Counted from the first letter of the stretch, positions 7,556-17,268 are shown. The stretch is 64,000 nucleotides of DNA from an uncultured virus (IMG/VR IMGVR_UViG_3300042997_000753) (IMGVR_UViG_3300042997_000753); one strand, 5' to 3'. Program-made: numbers and translations. The notes: generated by a model not told the origin, from the letters alone.

Positions 7556-10225
7556 TTGAGTTACGTAGACGCTTTCTATAATAGAGAGCAGGATATGATT
7601 AATGTTGTTGAACGCAATGATAAAGGCGAACGACATTATAAGGAATACCCTGCCCGTCATATATTTTATTACCCGGATGCCAAGGGTAAATTCACAAGTA
7701 TTTTTGGACAACCTCTTTCACGAGTAAGTTCAAAAAACGTCAAAGAACATCGCAAAGAACTTGCAATTCATTCAAACAAAAAATTGTTTGAAAGTGATAT
7801 CAATCCTATATATCGTTGTCTAGAAGACAATTATCTTAATGTTGATGCACCTAAGCTAAATGTAGCATGGTTCGACATTGAGGTAGACTTTGATCCAGAA
7901 CGTGGCTATGCTAGTCCAGAGGACGCATTTATGCCCATTACTGCTATTGCTGTCTACCTACAATGGATGCAGACTATGGTCTGTTTGGCCATTCCTCCCA
8001 AGACCCTAAGTATGGAAGAGGCTAAAAAGCAAGTTGAAGAATTTCCTAACACGTATTTGTTTGATAACGAAGCAGATATGTTAGACATGTTCTTGGATCT
8101 AATACAAGATGCAGATGTACTAAGTGGTTGGAACTCAGAAGGCTTTGATATTCCTTACACAGTTAATCGTGTGGCCAAAGTTCTAAGTAAAGAAGATACA
8201 AGACGTTTTTGTTTGTGGAATCAGTTTCCCAAGAAGCGTGAGTACGAAAAATACGGTAAGGCCGCTGTCACATACGATCTTATTGGTCGTGTACACCTAG
8301 ACAGTCTTGAACTGTATCGCAAGTACACATATGAAGAACGTCATACCTATAGACTAGATGCTATCGGTGAAGCAGAGATCGGTGAGAACAAAACTGTCTA
8401 CGAAGGCACGTTGGATCAACTGTATAACAATGACTTCCGTAGATTTATTGAATACAATAGACAAGACTGTATGTTGTTAGAAAAGTTAGATAAGAAATTA
8501 AAGTTTCTGGCTCTTGCTAACACACTGGCACACGAATGTACTGTGCTACTACAGACCACAATGGGTGCTGTAGCTGTAACTGAGCAGGCCATTATCAACG
8601 AAGCTCACAAGCGTGGAATGATTGTTCCTAATAGAATAAGTCGTGAAGAAGGCTTTAGTAATCAAGCCGCTGGTGCTTATGTGGCCTATCCCAAGAAAGG
8701 CATTCACGAATGGATTGGTTCGTTAGATATTAACTCGCTGTATCCGTCAGCTATTAGAGCGTTGAACATGGGTCCGGAAACTATTGTTGGTCAGTTGCGT
8801 CAAGACGGCACTAAAGATTATATTGCTGCTGAAATTGCCAAAGGTAAATCATTTGCATCAGCATGGGAAGGTGTGTTTGGATCACTAGAATACGCAGCCG
8901 TACTAGAAAGAAATGTCGGGCGTGAAATTACTATCGACTGGGAAGACGGCGGTGTTGATACGCTAAGTGCTGCTCAAGCCTACGATCTAATCTTTGAAAG
9001 CAATCAGCCTTGGATGCTTAGTGCTAACGGCACAATCTTTACCTATGAGAAAGAAGGTATCATTCCCGGCTTGTTAAAACGTTGGTATGCTGAACGTAAA
9101 GAAATGCAGGCCAAACTAAAGGATTGTATTGCAGCCGGTAATAAAATTGAAGAAGAATACTGGGACAAGCGACAGTTGGTTAAGAAGATTAATTTGAACA
9201 GCCTGTATGGTGCTATTCTTAATCCTGGTTGTAGATTCTTTGACAATCGTATTGGACAATCGACTACACTTACAGGTCGTGCTATTGCTCGTCACATGGC
9301 AGGTAAAGTAAACGAAATTATAACCGGAGATAATGATCATATTGGCAAAGCGATCATCTACGGTGACACAGACTCTTGTTACTTCTCAGCGTATGCTACG
9401 TTAAAGAAGGACATTGAGAAAGGGGCTATTCCTTGGAGCAAGGAATCAGTTGTTGAACTTTACGATACAATAGGAGAAACTGTTAATGGAACCTTCCCAA
9501 AGTTTATGCAAGATGCATTTCACTGCCCAAAGTCTCGAGGAGAGGTCATCAAAGCAGGTCGCGAGATTGTTGCTTCCAAAGGACTATTCATCACCAAGAA
9601 GCGATATGCAGTCCTTTACTATGACAAAGAAGGCAAGCGAGCAGACATTGGGGGTACTCCTGGCAAAATCAAAGCAATGGGACTTGATTTAAAAAGATCC
9701 GATACTCCCGTGGTAATTCAAGATTTTCTCAGCGAAGTGCTTACCAGAGTTCTCAACGGTGCAGGAAAAGAAGAAGTATTAGAATACATCACTAACTTCC
9801 GTACTGAGTTTAAAACTAGACCAGGTTGGGAGAAGGGTAGCCCAAAACGTGCTAACAACATTAGTGAATATCGAGACAAAGAAAAGAAAGCTGGCAAGGC
9901 TAATATGCCCGGACACGTTCGTGCAAGTCTTAACTGGAACACTTTGAAGCGTATGATGGATGACAAATACTCAGTAGCTATTACAGACGGTGCAAAAGTT
10001 ATTGTCTGTAAGGTCAAAGATAATCCTATGGGCTATACATCAGTTGCCTACCCGGTGGATGAACTGAGATTGCCTCAATGGTTCAAAGACTTGCCTTTTA
10101 ACGATGCTGAAATGGAAAATGCAGTCATCGATGAAAAATTAGAAAATTTGATTGGAGTCTTGGAATGGGACATCAGTTCAACTCGCAGTGACAACACATT
10201 CGCAAAACTTTTTGACTTTGAGTAA
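7556..10225 (+). CDS. family B DNA polymerase (T4 gp43-like)
   Basis: Exonuclease motifs FDIEV, GWNSEGFD, YNRQD; polymerase motifs DINSLYPS, KINLNSLYG, YGDTDS, KKRY; TTG start with SD AGGAG. Confidence 0.97.
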   Translation: MSYVDAFYNREQDMINVVERNDKGERHYKEYPARHIFYYPDAKGKFTSIFGQPLSRVSSKNVKEHRKELAIHSNKKLFESDINPIYRCLEDNYLNVDAPKLNVAWFDIEVDFDPERGYASPEDAFMPITAIAVYLQWMQTMVCLAIPPKTLSMEEAKKQVEEFPNTYLFDNEADMLDMFLDLIQDADVLSGWNSEGFDIPYTVNRVAKVLSKEDTRRFCLWNQFPKKREYEKYGKAAVTYDLIGRVHLDSLELYRKYTYEERHTYRLDAIGEAEIGENKTVYEGTLDQLYNNDFRRFIEYNRQDCMLLEKLDKKLKFLALANTLAHECTVLLQTTMGAVAVTEQAIINEAHKRGMIVPNRISREEGFSNQAAGAYVAYPKKGIHEWIGSLDINSLYPSAIRALNMGPETIVGQLRQDGTKDYIAAEIAKGKSFASAWEGVFGSLEYAAVLERNVGREITIDWEDGGVDTLSAAQAYDLIFESNQPWMLSANGTIFTYEKEGIIPGLLKRWYAERKEMQAKLKDCIAAGNKIEEEYWDKRQLVKKINLNSLYGAILNPGCRFFDNRIGQSTTLTGRAIARHMAGKVNEIITGDNDHIGKAIIYGDTDSCYFSAYATLKKDIEKGAIPWSKESVVELYDTIGETVNGTFPKFMQDAFHCPKSRGEVIKAGREIVASKGLFITKKRYAVLYYDKEGKRADIGGTPGKIKAMGLDLKRSDTPVVIQDFLSEVLTRVLNGAGKEEVLEYITNFRTEFKTRPGWEKGSPKRANNISEYRDKEKKAGKANMPGHVRASLNWNTLKRMMDDKYSVAITDGAKVIVCKVKDNPMGYTSVAYPVDELRLPQWFKDLPFNDAEMENAVIDEKLENLIGVLEWDISSTRSDNTFAKLFDFE

Positions 10226-10232
10226 ATTGCGG

Positions 10233-10261
10233 TTGCTTTTTACTCTAGATCTAAATATAAT
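10233..10261 (+). promoter_or_regulatory. sigma70-type promoter with an embedded TAAATA
   Basis: TTGCTT-17 bp-TATAAT; TAAATA at 10252-10257. Confidence 0.55.
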
Positions 10262-10284
10262 CTTAATATACAGGAGAATTCTAA

Positions 10285-11022
10285 ATGAAAGATATACTAC
10301 AAGACATCGTGTCACACACACAGAACCTAGGCTTCTTGACCACAGTTAAAGTCACCGGTGATCAAAATAAAACTTTGATCAATTCAATGGCTGAAGACCG
10401 TTCAGTGATTATGGAGGCTGAAACCAATGCACCATATCCAGATATGATAGGTGTGTTTGGTATGCCGCAACTAAACAAATTGAAATATTTGTTAGACGGT
10501 GCTGAGTACAAAGAAAATGCCAAGATTAGTATTACTACTGCAGATCGCAATGGCGAAACGATTCCGACAGGCTTACACTTTGAAAACAAAGACGGTGACT
10601 TCAAGAACGACTATCGTTTCATGAATACAGAAATCATCAACGAAAAGATGAAAACTGTCAAGTTCCGTGGCGTTAAGTGGGACGTAGAGATTGAGCCAAC
10701 AGTTAGTGCTGTGCAACGTTTTAACTTTCAGGCAGGTGCTAACAACGAACATCCAACATTCTTGGCAAAGACTGATGGTGATAAATTAAAATTCATATTC
10801 GGTGATGCTAGTACACACGGTGGCGAATTTATTTTTGCAATGGGTGTAACTGGTAAACTTGATCGCGGTTGGACTTGGCCGGTGTTGCCGATCTTGAGTA
10901 TTCTTAAAATTGCAGATGTCAACAACACCAAGATGTCGTTGTCAAATGAAGGTGCTATTCAGATTACACTAGATAGTGGACTTGCTACTTACAAATATAT
11001 TATTCCAGCTCAAGCTGCCTAA
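10285..11022 (+). CDS. probable DNA sliding clamp (gp45/PCNA-like)
   Basis: 245 aa, directly after the polymerase; beta-rich C-terminus ITLDSGLATYKYIIPA; the polymerase ends in a clamp-binding-like TFAKLFDFE. Confidence 0.6.
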   Translation: MKDILQDIVSHTQNLGFLTTVKVTGDQNKTLINSMAEDRSVIMEAETNAPYPDMIGVFGMPQLNKLKYLLDGAEYKENAKISITTADRNGETIPTGLHFENKDGDFKNDYRFMNTEIINEKMKTVKFRGVKWDVEIEPTVSAVQRFNFQAGANNEHPTFLAKTDGDKLKFIFGDASTHGGEFIFAMGVTGKLDRGWTWPVLPILSILKIADVNNTKMSLSNEGAIQITLDSGLATYKYIIPAQAA

Positions 11023-11024
11023 AT

Positions 11025-11390
11025 ATGATCAAAGGTCTACAAGGCATATCGGGTGTAACAGTTAGTGCAGGTAATACTTCCTTACCGTATGTTGGCCCAA
11101 ACTCTAGCAATCCAATGACTGGTATGCTACGCATACACAACACAGACATAGAAGTGTTTAACGGTAGCAATTGGCAAATGCTATCTACCAGTTATGCAAC
11201 TGTAGGCCTAGATCAAGATGTACTAGACATAGTTCAATGGGCACGTAAGAAGCGAGATGAAGAAAATGCGTGGTACAAGTTAGCAACAACTAACGAAGCT
11301 GTTCGTATAGCATTAGAACAGTTAGAACAGGCAAAAACAAGATTAGAACTTACAGCAATTTTATCGAGAGAACATGAAACAACCAGTTGA
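11025..11390 (+). CDS. hypothetical protein
   Basis: 121-aa ORF, operonic. Confidence 0.7.
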   Translation: MIKGLQGISGVTVSAGNTSLPYVGPNSSNPMTGMLRIHNTDIEVFNGSNWQMLSTSYATVGLDQDVLDIVQWARKKRDEENAWYKLATTNEAVRIALEQLEQAKTRLELTAILSREHETTS

Positions 11391-12909
11391 TTTAACACCC
11401 CTACAGAAAGACTACGCAGTCTATTTGCCTGCGATTAGTAGTTTTTACAGCACTTACATTGCAAAACAACGTAAGGAAGAGTTTGTACCTAAAGATCGTA
11501 TTCCAGCAGGATTCGATCGTGGTATTGAAGGTATGAATTTTTTAAATCCCGAACAAGGCTACTTTTATTACAAGTATGGTTTGTATTCAGCAGGTCATGC
11601 ACAGTTAGATCTTACTAAAACAATGGATCACGATTCAATGATTCAACAACGTGATCGTAGTAAGACAATGATCTTAGGAGACTCTGGTGGTTACCAGATT
11701 GGTAAAGGCATTCTTAAGTTTGATTGGTTAGACTTCGAAGGTAAAGCAGCTAATAAAACTCGAGACGATATCCTTAACTGGCTTGAACTAACTGCTGATT
11801 GGTCAATGATGCTTGACGTTCCTACTTGGGCTTGTGATCATATTCACAGTCCGAAGACTGGATTAAAATCGTTTGAAGACTGTCTAGAAAAGACTCGCCA
11901 CAATAACAAGTACTTCTTAGAAAATCGTTTAGGTGCTACCAAGTTCTTGAATGTTCTACAGGGTAGTAACTGGGATACTGCGGAAGCGTGGTACGAAGGC
12001 GTTAAAGAATTCAGTGATAAGAAAGTTTGGGGCGATAAAGCCGCTGAGGGTTGGGCGATGGGTGGTGCTAATATGTGCAAGATGCATATTACTCTGCGTC
12101 GATTGATCACTATGCGCTTTGACGGTATGTTAGAAGGCAAGGATTGGATGCACTTCTTGGGTACTGCACAGTTAGATTGGTCATGCTACCTAACTAGTAT
12201 TCAACGTCAGATCCGTAAACACGTTAATCCTAACTTTACAATCAGCTTTGACTGTGCTTCGCCATTCATTGCAACTGCACACGGACTGGTTTATACCAAT
12301 AGTCAGCACACAGCCAAGCGTTGGAGTGTTATTATGGACAAGGCTCCGGATAATAAAGCACTTGCATCACGTCCAGACATTCCGTTTCCGTTCGAAAGCG
12401 AGATCGGCCGTAGACTTAATGTAGCAGACGTTTGTCATTACAAGCCGGGAATGTTAAACAAGATCGGCAAAGAAGGCAAAACATCTTGGGACAGTTTTGG
12501 TTATGCACTAATGATGGGACATAATGTCTATCAACACATTGTAGCTGTACAACGTGCTAACAATTTGGCAGATATTGAACAAGCTAAGATTCGTCCAGAT
12601 TGGAGAATGTGGAAGAAGAACAAAGATCGTGATATGAGCGATGAGTATAGCGATTGGGTTCCTCGTAATATCTTGTATTTTGATCGCTTTGTTGAAGAAC
12701 TGTTTAATTGTCCAGACAAAGAATCTGCATTTGCTATGATTGCTGATGCAGAAACCAGAGGCTTTATGCAGAATTTGGAAGGCTCACGCCTACGTGGTGG
12801 TGTTACAAATATTTCAAACGACCTGTTCTATGAAGAAGGTAGTGAAGATAAAGATTCCTGGAACGACGATCGTGAAGATGGTGAATTGGATAAACTTGTA
12901 GCGGAATAA
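11374..12909 (+). CDS. dpdA: DpdA-like 7-deazaguanine DNA transglycosylase (TGT fold)
   Basis: TGT motifs DSGGYQ, LDVP, VLQG, GWAMGG, HFLG and SFDCAS; linked to folE, queE and a queD-like gene. Confidence 0.8.
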   Translation: MKQPVDLTPLQKDYAVYLPAISSFYSTYIAKQRKEEFVPKDRIPAGFDRGIEGMNFLNPEQGYFYYKYGLYSAGHAQLDLTKTMDHDSMIQQRDRSKTMILGDSGGYQIGKGILKFDWLDFEGKAANKTRDDILNWLELTADWSMMLDVPTWACDHIHSPKTGLKSFEDCLEKTRHNNKYFLENRLGATKFLNVLQGSNWDTAEAWYEGVKEFSDKKVWGDKAAEGWAMGGANMCKMHITLRRLITMRFDGMLEGKDWMHFLGTAQLDWSCYLTSIQRQIRKHVNPNFTISFDCASPFIATAHGLVYTNSQHTAKRWSVIMDKAPDNKALASRPDIPFPFESEIGRRLNVADVCHYKPGMLNKIGKEGKTSWDSFGYALMMGHNVYQHIVAVQRANNLADIEQAKIRPDWRMWKKNKDRDMSDEYSDWVPRNILYFDRFVEELFNCPDKESAFAMIADAETRGFMQNLEGSRLRGGVTNISNDLFYEEGSEDKDSWNDDREDGELDKLVAE

Positions 12910-12918
12910 GGAGTAACT

Positions 12919-13128
12919 ATGTACGAAAACAGAATTAAACATTTAGAGGAATCTCATAGAGTATTGGACCAAAAAATCGATACACTAGAAAAGAATGGAC
13001 TGTTTGAAGATATGAAAATGCAAGAATTGAAGAAACAGAGGTTGCTTTTAAGAGATGAACTTGCTATACTAAGACGTAAGCAATGGGAACACGATCACGA
13101 AACTGTCGATTTTGATGACGAACGATGA
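12919..13128 (+). CDS. YdcH/DUF465-like coiled-coil protein
   Basis: HxxLDxxI...LKKQRLLLRDE pattern. Confidence 0.6.
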   Translation: MYENRIKHLEESHRVLDQKIDTLEKNGLFEDMKMQELKKQRLLLRDELAILRRKQWEHDHETVDFDDER

Positions 13129-13313
13129 AAAAATATATACTAACACAGACACAGATTAAAACATTGGCAGATATTGCTAATCGTTTTCCGGAGATTCCTC
13201 AATTTGAAATTGTTGAGGAACACTCTAGCGGCATTGGGCCTACCACAACAGTTCAATTTGAACTATTGGGCAAGGAAGTTAAAGTTGACAATACTGACGT
13301 GAGTAACTGGTAA
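13125..13313 (+). CDS. hypothetical protein
   Basis: 62-aa ORF with ATGA/TAATG coupling. Confidence 0.6.
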   Translation: MKKYILTQTQIKTLADIANRFPEIPQFEIVEEHSSGIGPTTTVQFELLGKEVKVDNTDVSNW

Positions 13314-13720
13314 TGAGTGACGAATTTGAAAAATACAATGCATTTGCTAAACAGATGGAAGAACGTTTTCCAAAGATGTTTAGCGGCAAGTATGGCGGAT
13401 TTGCCTGCGGTGAAGGTTGGTGGCCTATTCTAGAAAAACTGTGCTCTAATATTCAGCATCACATTGATTGGAAAAACAAACAGTTAGAAGTAGTGCCACA
13501 GGTAACAGTGGCACAGATTAAAGAGAAGTTTGGCGGACTACGTTTCTACTATGATGGCGGCGACGAATATATTAATGGAATGGTTCGTATGGCAGAAGCG
13601 TGGGCAGATGCTAGTTGTGAAGAATGTGGCTCGCCGGGTAAAAGAAGAGATGGTGGGTGGATTAAAACTCTGTGTGATCATCACGAAGCAGAGCGTCAAC
13701 AAAGAAAACAAACAGTATGA
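13313..13720 (+). CDS. conserved phage protein with C-terminal zinc-finger-like motif
   Basis: QIKEKFGGLRFY...CEECG...TLCDHH. Confidence 0.7.
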   Translation: MSDEFEKYNAFAKQMEERFPKMFSGKYGGFACGEGWWPILEKLCSNIQHHIDWKNKQLEVVPQVTVAQIKEKFGGLRFYYDGGDEYINGMVRMAEAWADASCEECGSPGKRRDGGWIKTLCDHHEAERQQRKQTV

Positions 13721-14250
13721 AAAGAAATTACGAATCGGGTGTTGCAGATAGCATTACATTTTTTACAGGCATTGAGATCGAAAAGACCCCTGCATATGGA
13801 ATGAAAACTCTGTTTGTAACAGGTGTACACGATGCCTATGTAATTATGGAACTTGCTCGTGACCATAAATGTACTCATATCTACTTTGGTGCTAATCAAA
13901 GTTTTCCTAAATTAGAAATCAACAATGCAGAACAATGGCGTCTATGGGAAGATATGATCTATGTTTGTCTAGATGCCGACGAAGATTTTTGGTGTACGCT
14001 GGATCTAGATCTAGCACAAGTTGAAGGCTTATTGGAAAGCGGTCTTGTAGAGAAGCGTCAGTTTATTCCGCAGATTTCGGTTAAACTGCCCTATTTACAA
14101 CAGCTGGGATATAATGCTACAATAAAGATAGACGATAAAGATTTTAAAGCAACTAATCCCGGAGTGTGGTGTCATAACCTCCACGACCTACTTGGTAGAG
14201 ATAAGTTTACTAGTTGGGATCAATATGGCAAAGATGAGATTATAAAATGA
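13717..14250 (+). CDS. hypothetical protein within the deazaguanine region
   Basis: 177-aa alpha/beta-like ORF (HIYFGANQSF, GVWCH), translationally coupled. Confidence 0.7.
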   Translation: MKRNYESGVADSITFFTGIEIEKTPAYGMKTLFVTGVHDAYVIMELARDHKCTHIYFGANQSFPKLEINNAEQWRLWEDMIYVCLDADEDFWCTLDLDLAQVEGLLESGLVEKRQFIPQISVKLPYLQQLGYNATIKIDDKDFKATNPGVWCHNLHDLLGRDKFTSWDQYGKDEIIK

Positions 14251-14651
14251 GTAATATTGGGCAATATGCCTCAACTGCAAAGTCTATCCATCGATTACAA
14301 CGTGCGTTGAATAAATCCTCAGCAGTTCTTAAACAAAGAATTAGATCAAACCCGTATACAGAAGAAAAACCTATGAAATTAACATTTAAACAAAAACTTC
14401 GTAAATGGTTAATGGACGACACTGACGAACTCGAGTATGGTAATGCTATCAGCGTCGATAGTGACGGCCCAAATATTCAGTCACAGGGATTTCGATTAAA
14501 CATATACGGTGCAGCCGGTGGAACTATTATTGAAACTACCAAATATGATCGTCAAAAGGATGATCATAGACACAGCTTACACGTGGTCACAGACGACAAA
14601 GATCTCGGTGAAGAACTAGCAAAAATTATCACTATGGAGAGTTTAAGATGA
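14247..14651 (+). CDS. hypothetical protein
   Basis: ORF with ATGA overlaps at both ends. Confidence 0.65.
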   Translation: MSNIGQYASTAKSIHRLQRALNKSSAVLKQRIRSNPYTEEKPMKLTFKQKLRKWLMDDTDELEYGNAISVDSDGPNIQSQGFRLNIYGAAGGTIIETTKYDRQKDDHRHSLHVVTDDKDLGEELAKIITMESLR

Positions 14652-14851
14652 AAGAAGTTATCCTTAAAGACACAGCAGGTTTTCAACTGCGTGTTAAAAA
14701 ATGGGAATGTCAAAGTCCCAAAGGATTGTTTGCTGTGAATTTTATTCAGGCAACTAAAGACAAAGAAGGTAAGATTGATAGCGAATCTATCTATGAATTC
14801 TTTATGGATCAAAATGATATTAACTCTGTTTCAAAGGCTTTAACAGAATGA
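14648..14851 (+). CDS. hypothetical protein
   Basis: 67-aa ORF, ATGA overlaps. Confidence 0.6.
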   Translation: MKEVILKDTAGFQLRVKKWECQSPKGLFAVNFIQATKDKEGKIDSESIYEFFMDQNDINSVSKALTE

Positions 14852-15237
14852 TTATTCGACAAGACATTCGTCCTAATAAAATGATTTGGGTTACCTTCCA
14901 GAAAGAAGGTATGCACAAATATCCAGCCGCACTTACAGATCCTAACCTAGCAACAGGTGACGAGTATGATGTGAGTTTTCTAGGCTATCCACATCGTCAC
15001 ATCTTTCACTTTAAAGTGTGGATTGGTGTTACCCACGATGATCGTGATATTGAGTTTATTCAGTTCAAACGATGGTTGCTAAATCTTTATAAAGATGCTA
15101 CACTAAGTTTAGACTTTAAGAGTTGTGAGATGATGTCAGGCGATTTGTTTGACGCTATCTCTGCAAAGTATCCCAACCGTGAGGTTTGGATTGAGGTCTC
15201 CGAAGACGGAGAAAATGGTTCATTTATTAAATATTAA
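14848..15237 (+). CDS. dpdL: QueD paralogue (T-fold), DpdL-type 7-carboxy-7-deazaguanine decarboxylase candidate
   Basis: LGYPHRHIF (LxxxHRHxF) replaces the QueD CxxxHGH motif; SCE and VSED T-fold motifs. Confidence 0.7.
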   Translation: MIIRQDIRPNKMIWVTFQKEGMHKYPAALTDPNLATGDEYDVSFLGYPHRHIFHFKVWIGVTHDDRDIEFIQFKRWLLNLYKDATLSLDFKSCEMMSGDLFDAISAKYPNREVWIEVSEDGENGSFIKY

Positions 15238-15248
15238 GGAAAGCTATA

Positions 15249-15503
15249 ATGGCTAAGAACTATCGCGATGTTAACTATTGGGAAGCTAAACCTGAGATTG
15301 TTAAAATCTTTGATGATCTAGAAAAGTTTCACGATTTTTGTCGATTCGAACTGTGTGACTTTAATGAGGCTAATCTCTACAATAGAGATAGCCAAGTATG
15401 GAACAACTACTACTACAGCACACGACCACGTAAGCCACGAGGTGAATACAATCGCAGTGGCAACAACAACTATCGTCAGCGCAATGACAATTTTTCTCGT
15501 TGA
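15249..15503 (+). CDS. hypothetical protein
   Basis: 84-aa ORF with SD AAGGA. Confidence 0.65.
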   Translation: MAKNYRDVNYWEAKPEIVKIFDDLEKFHDFCRFELCDFNEANLYNRDSQVWNNYYYSTRPRKPRGEYNRSGNNNYRQRNDNFSR

Positions 15504-16584
15504 TTTAGAGTCAGTTGAGACAAGGTACACAGGTCAATGGAAGACTCATGTACCTACTCTCTTACAAAAAGCAGGACACAATGTTCAAGTTATCTCTGGT
15601 CCTACGGACATTCCTAGTGCCACTACTCCTGGCGCCTTTCTTAATTTTGGCGGCACTAATATCTACAAGGCTAGTCAGGTTGAACAGATGGGTCGGTTAT
15701 TTTGCAGCGGATCCGTTTGTCCCGGCGACCACTTTATTTTTACTGACGCTTGGCATCCAGGCATTATAAACTTAAAGTATATGAGTGAGCTACTGGGCAT
15801 TCCAGTAATCACACACGGCCTATGGCATGCTGGTAGTTATGATCCTCAAGACTTTCTCGGACGTCTCGTTGGCAATAAGCCGTGGGTGCGTAATGCAGAA
15901 AAATCATTCTTTTCTGCCTTTGATCACAATTACTTTGCCACTGACTTTCATATAGAAATGTTTCATAGGGAACTATTAAATAATGGACATAGTGTAGAAA
16001 ATCCTTGGTACGAGGAGGAACTTGAAGAAATCCTAAGCGGAGAGTATCCTAAGTTTGTTCGCACAGGATGGCCCATGGAATATATGCAGGACACCCTGGC
16101 AATGTACAAAAACATGCCCAAGCGTGATCTTATCTTGTTTCCTCATCGTGTTGCTCCTGAGAAGCAGGTAGAAATCTTCCGTGACTTAAAAGAACACTTG
16201 CCGCAATATGAATTTGTTGTTTGTCAAGATCAGCAACTAACTAAAAATGAATATCATAATTTGTTAGGTGAAGCTAAACTAGTGTTCAGTGCTAACTTAC
16301 AAGAAACTCTAGGCATCAGTTGGTATGAAGGTGCTATTGTCAATGCTATTCCTATGGTGCCAGATAGACTAAGTTACAGTGAAATGGCTTTTGATGCATT
16401 TAAGTATCCTAGCGAATGGACTGAAAGCTATGGTGCATACGAGGCACATAGGCCAGAAGTGTGTGCTAAGATTATTCAGTATATGAATAATTATGAAAAA
16501 TTCTTACCTAGCCTAAATAAACAAGTAGATACATTAACAAAACAATTCTTTAGTTGTAATAAACTATTAAAGATGTTAACATAA
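15484..16584 (+). CDS. GT-B (GT4-like) glycosyltransferase
   Basis: HRVAPEKQ and ETLGISWYEG (Ex7E) motifs; ATG 15484 preferred as start. Confidence 0.8.
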   Translation: MTIFLVDLESVETRYTGQWKTHVPTLLQKAGHNVQVISGPTDIPSATTPGAFLNFGGTNIYKASQVEQMGRLFCSGSVCPGDHFIFTDAWHPGIINLKYMSELLGIPVITHGLWHAGSYDPQDFLGRLVGNKPWVRNAEKSFFSAFDHNYFATDFHIEMFHRELLNNGHSVENPWYEEELEEILSGEYPKFVRTGWPMEYMQDTLAMYKNMPKRDLILFPHRVAPEKQVEIFRDLKEHLPQYEFVVCQDQQLTKNEYHNLLGEAKLVFSANLQETLGISWYEGAIVNAIPMVPDRLSYSEMAFDAFKYPSEWTESYGAYEAHRPEVCAKIIQYMNNYEKFLPSLNKQVDTLTKQFFSCNKLLKMLT

Positions 16585-16600
16585 CTATAGAGTATAACCT

Positions 16601-17221
16601 ATGCCTTCAGCTTCCTCTTTATTTGGTGTTCCTCTTTACACATCTGATATAGCCCCACTATCATCTAAAAGTGTTAACTACATTTTAGATTTAGAGTTTT
16701 ACCCGATGTCTGATAACAACGGGTTTATTACTGAAAGTGTTACATTATTAGATGACCCTAGGTGTTTAGAAATTAGAAATAAAATTCTCAACGCATTTGA
16801 TGATTATGCTTATAATCTTTTAAAATTTAAACCCGAAGTAGAATTTTATATAACAACTTCGTGGGCTGTTAAATTTTTGCCGGAGGGGTTTGCAAAAGAA
16901 CATACTCATAGCAATTCGTTGTTTTCAGGAGTGTTATATATAAAGGCAGCAGAAGATACCGGGCGGATTACATTTCATAAATATCAAAAATATTTAAATA
17001 TTTCTTCTCCTACATTACAATTAGGATTTGCAGAATGGAATATTTTTAATTGTGATACATGGTCTATTGCTCCAATCGAAAATCAAATAATTATATTTCC
17101 TTCAAATCTAATGCATTCAGTGGAAATAAACAATTCCAAGGATGATAGAATTTCTATTGCATTTAACGTGTTCGTTAAAGGAAATCTTGGCTTTCGAGAA
17201 GCATCATTGTCAATAAAATGA
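16601..17221 (+). CDS. 2OG-Fe(II) oxygenase-like protein (TIGR02466-like)
   Basis: HTH...FSGVLY...IIFPSNLMHSV...RISIAFN. Confidence 0.8.
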   Translation: MPSASSLFGVPLYTSDIAPLSSKSVNYILDLEFYPMSDNNGFITESVTLLDDPRCLEIRNKILNAFDDYAYNLLKFKPEVEFYITTSWAVKFLPEGFAKEHTHSNSLFSGVLYIKAAEDTGRITFHKYQKYLNISSPTLQLGFAEWNIFNCDTWSIAPIENQIIIFPSNLMHSVEINNSKDDRISIAFNVFVKGNLGFREASLSIK

Positions 17222-17239
17222 AATATTTTCTTAAACTAC

Positions 17240-17268
17240 TTGACAAAACCTAAATAAACCTATATTAT
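17240..17268 (+). promoter_or_regulatory. sigma70-type promoter with TAAATA in the spacer
   Basis: TTGACA-17 bp-TATTAT; TAAATA at 17251-17256. Confidence 0.65.

Noticed and set aside
7556..10225. Intein or split polymerase
   Set aside because: Normal length with all motifs contiguous; no intein termini or LAGLIDADG motifs seen
11374..12909. Host-like tRNA-guanine transglycosylase (tgt)
   Set aside because: No CxCxxC zinc motif typical of bacterial TGT; the phage replication context favours a DNA-acting DpdA, although this is not proven
14848..15237. Canonical queD
   Set aside because: Lacks CxxxHGH and has LxxxHRHxF instead
15355..15483. Thr-rich N-terminal extension of the glycosyltransferase
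   Set aside because: Alternate-frame read of the Asn/Tyr-rich upstream gene; ATG 15484 gives a normal GT-B first strand
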